From positions 12,834,001 through 12,898,000 of the forward strand of contig NW_026889764.1 in NCBI RefSeq assembly GCF_033153115.1: DNA of 64,000 nt, given 5' to 3'. Under the pieces are notes generated by a model. It was not told where the DNA came from. It saw only the letters and a program-made list of their open reading frames with translations, and ran no database searches. This DNA is from Saccostrea echinata. Taxonomy: Eukaryota. Of the stretch, positions 48,482-61,202 are shown one piece after another. The stretch's first letter is position 1; each line of letters begins with the position of its first letter. The translations under genes and the position numbers were made by a program.

Positions 48482-50126
48482 TTAAACTTTTATTCCGAAC
48501 ACTGTACCTTGTCATTTTTTATCTTTACTTTTTACATTTCACATTCCATATCTTAAACTTTGAACTATCATATTTTGAGTAAAAGCAATGAAAAATCAAA
48601 CATCAATCAGTTCATATTTGATATGCTCCCATTCGTGTGTCCGTATTTTACCATTCGTACTATAAAAAGGGCATCTAATCTACAAGTGTGAAATCAACAT
48701 GTTTGTCGAATTTTGACTTGACCCTGTATGGAAAGTCACGAAAGCTTCCGATAAGTAGGCTGTAATTCTAGAACAGTCGGATGCTGAAAACGCCGGTATA
48801 ATTCTTGAAGATTTCTTTCTAAATACTATTCAGGTACATATTCCTTTACCAGATATGATATTTTTGTTCATTTGAAATGAACTGTATCTCAAATCAACGG
48901 AAATTCACATCTTTTATATCAATTTAAAGTTTTCATCTCATCAAAATGATATAATGAGTTTACTGATAGTTTTAGTCAATATGCAAGGAGACAAAAAAAC
49001 GTCTTGAAAAGTTTATTTTCATCAGTAATTTAGATTTGAATACTTGTGTGTTGGATGCTATTTGCTAAGGTAGACCCAACACCGGTGCACCTGGCGTCCC
49101 CCCATCCATACCCCTCTTTTTTCTGGCCATTTTATGAAAAAATGTAGTGATCACGGAGTGGCGGGTTCTTGGACCAGACTAGAAGAAAACGGTATGTTCC
49201 AGAATAATTATTTCAAAGTATTGCTTATTTCTTTGCAATAAGAATTGTATCTCTTTTTTAATGTATCAATAAAATGTAAACAGCAAATGTCAAAATGGAA
49301 CCTGCATTTCTTCCAAATATGTCCTAAGTTTATCAAACATTTTAAGTACTGGGTTGGAATTATATACTACCTTACCTTTTTATTGTATATTTAGTAGATA
49401 TAGTGTACTTTAAAACTGGCTATTTCAATTGAATGCGGTCAATATGTTTTAATAAACATACATATTTTCTCAAAGAATGGCGAATAAATGACAAGCAGAA
49501 ACTAATTTAAAGGTTTTATGCTGTCCAAAAAATAAAAAGGGGGGAGAGAGTTATTACTTATTATAATTATGATCAAACATACCTAAAACATGTAAATCAT
49601 GAAGAGATTACACGTGTTATTGTTTAAACCGGGTCGGTTTAATTTTGTAGTTATAGGGATTTTTTCCCTTTCTAAAGTGATAGAGAGTTCAGGTAAATTA
49701 TGATAATCAAAAAATGTCGCAAGATATGAGAATATACCATGCAAATGTAAAATGCACACTCTAGGTACAGTATATAAAAAGAAATCTTTTAAAGTAATTC
49801 CGAGTCTTTAATCATCCAACAGTACTAAATTTACCGCCCACGAATCTTGTTTTCGTTACTTTCCATACATGGTAAAGTAAAAACTCGACACACATGTTGA
49901 ATTGACAATCATAGAGTTGTTTTTGTCAGATGTCACATATATATAGTTCGAATATGTAAAATACGGACTCACAAGCGGAACATATCAAATACGAAATAAT
50001 TGATTTTTTTTTTTTAGAATAACGTACTCAAAATATGGAAATACAAAGTTTAAGATACGTGATATGAAGCATAAAAAGGAAACGCCAAGAAGAAAAAAAC
50101 AATGCCGTGTTCGAAAAAGAGTTTAA
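48482..50126. mobile_element. TTAA-flanked element with long (~200 bp or more) degenerate TIRs
   Basis: cttaaacttttattccgaacac / gtgttcgaaaaagagtttaag, plus inverted matches 48550-48665 vs 49944-50057; second copy at ~58707-60191. Confidence 0.7.
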
Positions 50127-50616
50127 GGTCAAGATCTAGTCAATGAAAGGTGCTTACAGATTTCTCAAATTTGAGAAAGGAGTTCTTTTAATGATCCTTT
50201 ACAAATACAGCTTGGTAAAATAAGGTGTATTGGTATAAATTTTTTGGAAAAATGAACGAAAAAACAACATGTTTCAAGCTGTCATTTTTAATGAAAAATG
50301 AAGAATGTCAGGTAACAATCTCAGAGGGTTTTTTTCCAGCTCAGAAAAAAAAAATATATCAGTATTGCCTACAGTCTCTCAGAAAACATTTTTTCGTGTC
50401 TTCTTGACCTCTACGTTAAAATCAAATTTAATTGAATGTAGGTATCCTGGTTACTTTTGACATGATTTCAAATTGTATTCCATGAAAATGCTTCATTTTC
50501 TACAGAACTCTATTATAGCCGTAAAGTGCGGGAAAAAGTAAGTTTGAATTGATTATAATGTCCTAATGGATCCAATACCAAAATGACTAAGCTCATTAAC
50601 TATATCTTGACATTAA
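50123..50616 (+). mobile_element. TTAA MITE family A
   Basis: ttaaggtcaagatctagt ... actatatcttgacattaa; second copy 60188-60636 inside the duplication. Confidence 0.8.
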
Positions 50617-51403
50617 GATTAACAATTCACAACTGTGTAAAATCCAATTCACAATTTTCAATCAAAAAATTGACTTTACACGTCTGAATTTTTTAACACT
50701 ATCACCCTCCATAGATCATAGTAATACGTATTTACGCAATCAATACCAGAATATTAAAAACCCACTACTCTAAACAGCTTTATATTTCTATTATTATCAA
50801 CTGTGTAGTTGTTCTTTTTTTTCGTCTTCATAACTTATTTAACATCTAGGACGATTCTGATTGGCTGCTTAAATACCAAAGACAATTCTAATTGGCTGAA
50901 TTTCACATGTCTTACTGAAGTTCATGCCCATGATGGTACAATGAAAATGCTGATAAAAGATATTTTTGTAAACATCTACTTTTTATTTTTTTTTTATTTT
51001 TAAACTTTTCCCTCTTATATTTCATTTTAACAGATCATCAAAGTATATTACAGGGGACGTATATACAAACGGGAAAGGCAACTTCTTCAGTGTTTATTTT
51101 ACAAAAACACACAAATTAATGTTATAATGATAGAAATATCATAACAAGTGCTCGTTAGTGACAGGTTTTCCCAAACTTTTGTTCCTAAATTTTTTATTTA
51201 TTTTTTTTTCTTATTTTCAAGATACACTCAGCATATGCATGTATACGAAGGTTGTTCGAAAAGTTCGCGGACAAGTTCGAATCAATTTTTTTTTTCAAGG
51301 GGGGGGGGGGGTTTCCACCCAAGTCAAAAAAGAAATCCAACCCAGAATTTCTTGAAAAAGAACAACCAATTAAAGAAAAGAAACTAAACTGTTTTCTCGA
51401 ACA

Positions 51404-51758
51404 TGATTGATTGATTGATTTTATGTTGTTTAACGTCCCATTCGAGAATTTTTCACTCATATAGGAATGTCATCGTATGCCGGCGAGGGGTCCAAATTTA
51501 GACTATACTCGGCACTCAGGGACATTGAGCAGTGAAAGTTCTTCATCGTGTTAACGCCTACCGTGACATGGGACCTAAGTTTGTAAGGTCTCATCCGATA
51601 AACCCATGACTTTCACTTTTAGTACTGGGCGCTTGGCGAAGGAACACTTACTACCTATGTTTACATCTTAGGTTTGACGCAGCGCAGCGAACGAAAATCT
51701 AACCCGGGCCTACCAGTCACGAAGCATGCGCCCTACCACTTTGCTACTGTGACTGGTC
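51404..51758 (-). mobile_element. tRNA-derived SINE with (AATC)n tail
   Basis: Collinear with 10661-11004. Confidence 0.85.
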
Positions 51759-52705
51759 TTTCCCGAATGTGAAAAAGGTATATCGTAAGCTTCATAAGTA
51801 AGACTTTTCCTACCAACTTAACAAGGGTCATATTTGTTAACATTATAAGCTGCTTTAGTAAATACATTTAATAACCCTGCAAATTCCGGGGGAGGGTGGG
51901 GGAGTACGGACCCTTTCGCCCCCCCCCCCCCCGTAGATCCGTGCATGATACAGCTATATCATTTACGTGTAGATAAAGTATGTCACTTTTTTTCAAATTA
52001 ACATTCATAGACATTTTTCCGAAATTAAAAATGCACTGTTAAAGAGCATAAATATATATTGTAATATTTCACCTGTCATTTGACGAAATTTTAAATTAAA
52101 TTTGAGGGTTTATGACTCTTTATAGCTAAATATAGATGATCAATGCAAAACAACAAAGTGAAGAGTGGCAACGTCACTGAACGTCTTTGGGCTATTAAAG
52201 AATTATGCCTGCAGACGGGAATATGATGAAAGAGACTAATATGTGTTTAGATGTTGCCAGGGATTGCCTTTATCTCGGACCAGTGTCTGAATGGTTGTAG
52301 CTTTGTTAGAATGAAAGGATTGATATTTTTGATGATCAACTCCTGCAATACCCCAAATACCCCGCTTATCGCATGGACATTGAGCCTATGGATTTTGCAT
52401 TGTTTCCATACCTGATCGCTTAACTGTGTATACTGATTTATCAGATCTCATTAATATCCGACGCGCCACAAAAGATAAAAGTAGCCTGTCTTTCTAACAA
52501 TATTCAAGTTTTAAGTATGGAAAAAGACATGAAAAGTCTAGAACAGTTAGAAATTTTAAAAAACGTCAAGTTAAGAAATCATGTGAACGCACAATTAATA
52601 TTTTTGCATATTTTCAAAATTTAGTAACTGGAGCTGATTTTTATATACTAATAAACAAAAGATAAGAATTTAATCAGACATACTGCATTCTTCGAAGTAC
52701 ACAAT

Positions 52706-55700
52706 AAAGAGCTAAATCCACGAAGGGGCTAAATCGGCTCAATCATCAAAATAAATGGAACTTTCTCACATAATACTCTAAGATTTGTATGTTGTAAAAC
52801 AATTTATTTTTTAACAATATCTTTTCTGGTTTTCTTTTTATAATCGTTTAAATTAAGTATTGTTTTCCTCATCAATACTATCACGTCATTACGTTGACGT
52901 TACATACTTTAACGTCATGACGTTGACATTTTGTATAAGTAACACATGTACGTTATTAATGGAATAAAAATCACCAATATATGCTCCTCTTTAAGATTTT
53001 AGGAAAACTTTATTATGAATTTTTCAAGAAGTTTTGAAAACTTTTGGGTCTATATTTAAATTGAAGCTATTTGTATTTTAACGAAACACCAAATATTTAT
53101 ATACATTTGTCTGGTTAAATCGTGGATATATGTAACACGATTTAAATGAAAATAGGGGACACATTTAGCTGAAAATTACAGCAAGTGTTAAACTATCGTA
53201 ATAGAGTTGAACTGAATTTTGTAGTAAAATATACACTAGTAGCCATGGATAAGGATTTTATCGTTCTTAAATGTGTTGTAGTATGGTCCTATGGCGTACA
53301 AAAAGAGATTTTATAAAAGAATGCACAAGTGCTCTTTAATAACGTAAACATAAAATTAAAAAAAAAAGTTGCATTAAAAATGAATACGTTTGAAGTGACC
53401 ATCTATTATATTGTCATTCTGAAGATTTCGCTGCACTTTCGTAATTTAAGGCATTTCCCGGGCATTTGAAATGAATTTGTAGTAACATACATGTACATGA
53501 AATACACGAAAAATAATGACGTTTGAGGGCTTTCCACAAGACAGTATATTTAGGAAAGAAGCCACTACAGACTTTTGACCGAGTTAAGATTGATGCAAAG
53601 CATCAAATCGGCAGCCAAAAAAAAAAAATTGCACTTTAATTTTATTTTACAAGGAAGAGTCAAAAGAAAACACAAGATCTCCAAAGTATTTGAATTTCAA
53701 AACGGAACATGAAGTTTTAAAAAAAAAAAACAAAACAAAAAAACAAGATAAACGGAAATGACATGTATGCCACTTTATTCAATTCAAATTACTCAATCAA
53801 AATAAAATTCACTAATTAATGGTAAATATGTTATATCATCAAAGTGAAAAGTTAATTTTATATACGAGATCTCCAAATGACAAAAAGGATAACCTTTTCA
53901 TGTGATAATAACCTGGACTCATGCCGATGATTTCTGCAGACTATGCTGCACATTGCGATAACAAACAAAATAATAAATGTATAAAGTGTAGAAAAATATA
54001 TCTTAGCGTCAATTACAGCTACAGCATATAAAAAACATTTTTAAAAAAATTGATTTTTATTTATGAATTTTGGCACTGTAATTCACATCCACAGAAATGA
54101 AAATGATTACATGTTCCTTTCATATCTTACACACTCCCCTGTTGGAGACTACCTATTGTAAACCCTTTTAATAAAATCATAAAGTAATAATTGTCTGGTG
54201 AATTGAAACATAATCTCAACAACTCAGACTTTCATATACTTCAAAGCCAGTTTTAACATTTTACTCATAATTTTCATATATTCAGAAATTATTCTGTCGA
54301 GCTGCTAATAACGTTTCGTGTCTCCATGTGCACTTTCTAACACAACCACAAATAGATAGGCGATAATTATAATGAGTATAGTTGACGGTGAAATAATCAT
54401 AATATCGTATACATATGGCGTATGAGATTTTTAACTCGGACGCTTTCTGATCGGGACTTTTTTGTAAACGAAAAAACACGGAAACAGCTACCGTCAGTAG
54501 TGAATGACTATCATTACCAGTGGCGCATCCAGGAATCTTGAAAGGGGGCGACCAGTTTTGGGTCGGGGTAGGGGCCCACGGCCACACCAAAAAATATTGA
54601 TTTATTAAATCGTATATACATTTTGGGCACAAAGCCCCCCCCCCCCCCCTCCTAAATCCGCCAGTGATTACAATCCGTATATTACTTATTTAATTCAAAG
54701 AAGTAAAACTACCGTCCAAAGCATTAATTGTCTATAATGAGCAGGACATTATTGCATCGTTTACAGGTACATGTATTATGAATTGACTGAAAATTGGAGA
54801 GAGAAAAAAAATAACAATAATACATTCGGGACATACGTGTATAATGCATTCTTGCACGCAATGACCGAGGTCACGAAAAATCAATCGTTCTTAAATTACA
54901 TTTTTATCATACAGATTGAAAAAACAAATTCAAAACTGCGATTGCACGGATTATTCCACACTAAATATACAAGGACTAATATAATGGTATTGTATAATTA
55001 ATTCACTTAATACCACTTTCTTGTTTAAATGACACTAGTAATTGGTCGAACTGTTACCTATTAAAGTTCACCCAAAATTGAAAATGAGTGAGGGTGGGAA
55101 TCCCTAATACCCCTTCCCTCCTCTACTGTTGTCTTATTTTTGTAATACCCCCCCCCCCCCCTTATGAATTTACACTACCATGATTATTTAAAAGGAGCAA
55201 CTCAAAATAGAAAGGGATAGCAAGTAGCCTCCCTTTGATTTTTTTTCCATATGTTGGCTAAGTCACAGCATGCAGGCGATACTGAAATTACTTAGAGTTG
55301 TCACTACCTTGGTAATAAGTTATTCGTTTGTACAATGTATTTGTTTTATAAAGGCCTATCACAAAAATTACAAAACGATCTGTAAAATCATAGACCTAAA
55401 ATCAATCTATTTTGTTTATTTGATGTCAACTCGAATTTTCTAGGTTCTATATTATGTAACAGGCTAGGGGGAAAAGAGTACAAATTATTATTTTAAACAT
55501 TTCAGCATATTGATGAGTAAAATAGAGATCAGCTACATGAAGAAAAAGTCTTGGGTCAGGACTGAGGCACGTAGTACACACAAGTACAAAAAGTCGACAT
55601 TATTGCATCTGCATGCGGTCTTGTTTAACAACTTGAGAGTTTTTCGTACTTTTTTGCATCACAACACACAAAATAACATATTATAGACAGAACATTTGCA

Positions 55701-56167
55701 TTTCTAAACTTTTTCGTATTAACAAAAGCAATACAAAATCTTTTTTCTTTTTTATTTATGTGAGGTATACCCCGTAATTTCCACTGTGGTAGTCGGTGCT
55801 TAGAGATTGGAATCGAACGAAAAGTAAAGATTTCGATGTGGCCACACCCCTCGAACAAAATTAAAATATGCTCTACTTATTCATATTGTAATTTTTTTTT
55901 TAATGGTATAAATTTAATTTTGTTCGAAGGGTGTGGCCACAGCAAAAAATTGAACTAAAGACGAAAAAAATGCATTATTTTGATAAAAAGTATGAAAGTG
56001 CAGACGTTTTCTGTATAAATATGACGTCATCAAATAAAAAAATCTGCATAAACTTTTTAAGTTTGATACTTAAGGATAATATTTCTATTGTTAATTTTCT
56101 TCTTCCCCTCAGTTTAATTTTCCTGAAAAAATAGGCCGGTTTAGCCCCTTCGTGGATTTAGCTCTTT
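52706..56167. mobile_element. 3.4-kb non-autonomous TIR element (superfamily uncertain, Sola-like GAG end possible)
   Basis: aaagagctaaatccacgaaggggctaaa / tttagccccttcgtggatttagctcttt perfect inverted repeat. Confidence 0.8.
54518..54666. mobile_element. Short MITE with 5-bp ATTAC TSD
   Basis: cagtggcgcatccagg ... cctaaatccgccagtg flanked by attac on both sides. Confidence 0.75.
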
Positions 56168-56502
56168 CCCGAGAATAAATTTGTCCGCAAACTTTTTTAA
56201 CAACCTTTATATATATATATATATATAAGGAAGGTCAACGAATATTCGAACATTCGAATATTCATTCGGTGAGTTAATGTTCGAATATGAATTTAAGATT
56301 TGAATATTCGGTGTTTTTCAAATTTCACAAAAAAGAGATAATAATTATTAATTAGAGCAGTGCTGGAATTATCCCCCCCCCCTTTTTTTACTAACGATCC
56401 CCTGATTTTTTTTCACTACTTTCTTATCTTATGGATCTTGTAAATTATATCATTTTGAGTATGGTATAAAAGAAATAAACAAGAAATATTGATGTACATG
56501 TA

Positions 56503-57530
56503 CGAGGGTTGATCCAAACGTTCGTGGAATTTCTTTCTAAAGTTTTATTGTTACGTGATTGAAGCAAACTAAAGACATGACTATAAAATAGAGCCATTAT
56601 GCTAAAACAGTTGAAACTTTCACCACATTCCAATTACCATTAAGATCACACGAGCTTTCTTAACTTAGACAGTTGTAAAATCCGGGGGAGACTTTGACGT
56701 AACGTCAAGTCAGGTATGTCACGTCACGTTCTAGGAACATCTCACTCTCTCGTTAGAAATTCTAGAGAACACTGCTTTCTTCTCTCCATTTCTGCCTTCG
56801 AGGAAGGCCTGGGTACCCATATTGCATCCACTTTCTTCATCTTACCATCATTTTCAAAATACGCTCTGTCTTCCATATGATTTTCCAATTTCAATAGCAA
56901 TGTCAAGCAAAGTGCATCGGTGGTCCACGTCCATAAACGCTTTCAATTTGTCTACGAGGAAAGAACGCCCTTGAAATAGGCTGCTGGACCTTTCGTCATC
57001 CAAAATTCTATTTTCCATAAATTGCTTACTACACTTGAAGACCGGTTGCTAACTTACTTTTCTTCTGTCTGTATCGTTAATATATGCTTCTGAGTCAGAG
57101 TGTATCCGAGATTTTCACAAAACTGAAGACCGAATTTCGACATTGTCTAACAAAGTCATCATGATCAAAAATCATCAATAAAAAACACTAAATATGCAAT
57201 AAAATAAATGAAACTTTCACACAAAGGTTTATAGAAGTTCAACCAATTGTAATTATGATATCATTTTCGTTTTATATGAAACTTAGCGCATTTTTTTTCC
57301 ACAGTGAGTATCAAGAATAAAAAAAATTATGAACAAAAAATGTCTCCCCCGCATTTTCAACCGTCCGTTTCTATGGCAACTGCCAAAGTGTTACTATCAT
57401 GAATTTTAAAAATATTTTTTATAAAGAAAATTCAACAAGCCTCTATATTTTCATCTGTAATTTTCAATCACTTCCATTAAAAAATAAATAGAATATAAAG
57501 AAATTCTACGAACTTCTGGATCAACCCTCG
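56503..57530 (-). mobile_element. Mariner-family element, same deletion derivative as 24579-25631
   Basis: TA TSD; TIR cgagggttgatccaaacgttcgtggaatttct / agaaattctacgaacttctggatcaaccctcg; collinear body. Confidence 0.9.
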
Positions 57531-57944
57531 TATAATACAAAAAGTTTTTTTAAATAGTTTGATGTGAGCAGATCTAGAATCGAAGACAACGACATGAAAC
57601 CCTTTTTGAATGTCTAGAAGACGCGTGAAGAGTGTACTTATGAAAATAATTTTTATTGATCATTGAATTGATAGAATCAGCCTGTAATATTGTAAAGGGC
57701 TCAGCTTCAGAATAATGCATCAATTACTTGATTATCTTGGGTTGAATATATTCCTGAATTTTAAAATCGTTATCGGGAAATTAACGATCTAGGAAAATTG
57801 TCTATGGAAGTGTATTTTATTGTGTCATTAGTTTTTTTCTTATTTTTTTATTTTCGTTTTTTTATTTAGTTTCAGGTTTTATTTTATAATTTCGATTTTT
57901 ATTTAGTACTTTTGTATTAGTTTTGGTTTGCCCTATTAAATATT

Positions 57945-60636
57945 CGAAAGCAATGGTTGATAACGGATTTTACCTTGATTTTTCGCACTCGTATAACATT
58001 TGGTTAACAGTTTTCATTCATATTTATTTTAACAATGGCCAAAGGTTTCACAGTAAAGGCATAAAGATTTTGAAAGTAGTGGATAAAAAGTAGGAATGAT
58101 AGTTGATGAAATATACAATCACCTCAATGAAAAAGAAGAAATAGATCGAACGGACTACTATGACTACATGTATACTAGTGTAAATTCACAATTTCTTCAA
58201 TCGAAAAGGACAAGAAAGGCTACGACCCTTTTTGGCACCTGGTTTGGGGTGTCCTTTAGAATGATGCAATAGTTTAACAATTGAAAACCTGTTGTCAACC
58301 CTTCAACAATATGGTTATAGGTTCTAATTTATGGGATACACAGAGGTCACAGGAAGGTCAGAAAATAGTAGAATCTATATAGGTTCGCAGCACTTTTCAG
58401 AAACTACAAAGAGTGTTGAAAATAACTATGAATTAAACTTAGATTTTTAACTTGGTTATGCCCTTGCAATATTGAATTTATAGATGATCTCAATACTGCA
58501 GGTATATTTGCTAAAATCACGTGACTGCCACATTACGTGACAATCCTAAATAGGAAATATAAACGTCCTCAACATGAAGTTTTCAGCCACATTACAATTG
58601 TCCGATAATATTAAAGGCCTAAAAAGAATCGCCCATCCCTGTTAAGAATGTACTTTCTGTCTAAAAAATTCGCCGATATTTCCATTTGGCACCTTAACTG
58701 TACTGCGTAAACTTTTATCCACAACACTGTTCCGTGTAATTCTTGATGTTTCCTTTTTACATTTCACATCTTAAAATTTAAACTATTAGCTTTTAGGTAA
58801 GTTTTTGTGAAAAACCAAACATCAATCATTTTATATTTGATATGCTCCCATTCGTGTGTTCGTATTTTACCATCCGTACAATAAAAAGGGCATCTAATCT
58901 ACAAGTGTGAAATCAACATGTTTGTCGAATTTTGACTTGATCCTGTATGGAAAGTCAAGAAAACTTCAGATAAGTAGGCTGTAACTCTAGAACAGTCGGA
59001 TGCTGAAAACTCCGTTATATTTCTCAGGCACATATTCCATTACCAGACATGATATTTTTGTTCACTTGAAATAAACTGTATCTCATATCAACGTAAATTG
59101 TCATCTTTTATACCAAATGAAAGTCTTCATCTCACTAAAACCAGTATATAATACACAATGATTTTATAGATAGTTTTAGTCGAGATGCAGAAAGACAAGA
59201 AAAACGTCTTGGATAGTTTATTTTCATCAGTAATTTAGATTTTAAATTGAATACTGGTCTGCTAGGTACTATTTGCTAAGGCAGATCCAATACTGGAGCA
59301 CCAGCTGGCGTCCCCCTATGCCTACCCCTATTTTGATTTTTTTTTTAAATTTGCTTGTTTAACTTGTGTATGCTCTCAAATAAGTCGACAGGTAAAATTC
59401 AGTAATTCATAATCAAGAAATTAATTTTACATATACAGTAACTCATCGTCACACACATAGGATTTCATGTGCCAAATGAGAATGGAATATTTAAAGTAAT
59501 ATGGCATTAATACAGGATGGATGCAAGAGGAAGAGTGGATTGAAAAAATTATTGTTTAAAACGCGTAAAACGTTAAATAAAAAATAATTGAAAATTATTC
59601 CTTATTATAATTATTATCAATCATACTTAAAACATGTAAATCAGGTAGAGATCTCACGTGTTATTGTTTAAACTATTATTGTTTATCGGTTTAATTTTGT
59701 AGTAATAGGGATTTTTGCGTATCCAAAGTGATAGAGAGTACAGGTAAAAACATGATAATCAAAATAATGTCGCAAGATATGAGAATATTCCGTGTAAATA
59801 TAAAATGTACCTTCTAGGTATAGTATATAGAGAGAAATCTTTAAAAATAATACCGAGACTTTCAACATCCGACTGTACCTCGAATCTGAAGTTTTCCTTA
59901 CTTTCCATGTATGGTAAACATGTTGATTTAACAATTATAGAGTTGTTTTTGTCAGATGTCATATCTATAGTACGGATATGTAAAATACTGACTGACAAGC
60001 AGGAATTCGAACATATCAAATACCAACTGATTTTTTTTTTCAGAATAGCTTACTCAAAATAAGGTATAAGTCAAAATTCGTTGATTTTACAATTATAGAG
60101 TTGTCAAAATAAGGAAATACAAAGTTTTAATCAAGTGATACGAAGCATAAAAAGGAAACGTCAGACAACGCAGTCTCGAAAAAGAGTTTAAGGTCAAGGT
60201 CTAGTACATGGAAGGTGCCTACAGATGTCTCAAATTTGTGAAACGAGTTCTTTTAATGATCCTTTGCAAGTACAGCTTGGGCTTGGTAAAGTACAGTGTA
60301 TCGGGATATAGCGTTTTGGGAAAATCAACGAAAAAACATATTTTAAGCTGTCATTTCCAATGAAAAATGAAGAAAGTCAGGTATAAATGTCAGTGTTTTT
60401 TTTCCAGCTCAGAAAAAGGAAATGTATGAATATTGCCTACTGTCTCTCAGAAAACAGTTTTTCGTATCTTTTTGACCTCTACTTCAAAATGATATTTAGA
60501 TAAATGTATGTATCGGGGTTTCTTTTACATGATTTCAAATTGTATTCCACGAATGTTTAAATTGATTATGATGACGTAATGGATCTCGCACCAAACAGAC
60601 ACAGCATAAAGTCATTTACATGTACTAGATCTTGAC
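57945..60636 (+). repeat. Segmental duplication of the paralog-4 3' region (~47880-50616)
   Basis: Collinear similarity across last-intron end, terminal exon, 3'UTR, long-TIR element and adjacent TTAA MITE; extra ~0.5 kb at ~58207-58700. Confidence 0.8.
58033..58206 (+). pseudogene. Dead duplicate of the paralog-4 terminal exon (fifth-copy remnant)
   Basis: Aligns to 48037 onward (QWPKVSQ*RHKDFESSG*KVGMIVDEIYNHLNEKEEIDRTDYYD). Acceptor AG changed to AA, two in-frame TAA stops, then a deletion joining to 3'UTR sequence matching ~48415. Confidence 0.85.
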
Positions 60637-61165
60637 GGTGTCAGGTCATTTCTCTCTAAAACCCTTTCTCTCCTAGGTTATTTCTCTCCAATACCATTTC
60701 ACGGCAGGTCATTTCACTCTCCTACCTAGGTCATTTCACTCCTAATCTGTCTGTGTTCTTGTACTCGTGTCTTTTGAAATTAAATTCATAACACGGATAA
60801 AAACTGAACGTGAGAGAGTCTACTGTTATGATGAAATCAAATAAGCTAAAACTGTGACCGAATCTTTGGCATGTAGAGGACTTCTTCGTCCACAAGAACC
60901 ATATTTTGAAGGGAAAATATTAATCCAGAGTTAATAAATTCCATCAACAAAATCATTTTAACTGGTTCAGTATATAATAAAATTTCGTCTTTATAGAAGC
61001 ACTAAGATTTACAAGACATGTTTATAAATAAATCAAAATCGGTACTATAAAAAAGATGTATATGTGAGAAATTTACCTTTATAAATTAATTTCATACCAC
61101 TGATATTCGAAACAAAGCAGTTTCATTTTTAATTTAATGTAATAACAAAACGGATATACAAATAC

Positions 61166-61202
<37 letters not shown>

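Larger units (their letters stand above)
51246..56207 (+). mobile_element. Decayed mariner element expanded by nested insertions
   Basis: TIR cgaaggttgttcgaaaagttcgcggacaa / ttgtccgcaaacttttttaacaaccttt; PAYRMDIEPMDFALFPYL at ~52360-52415 resembles the mariner PPYSPDLAPxDFxLF motif. Confidence 0.65.
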
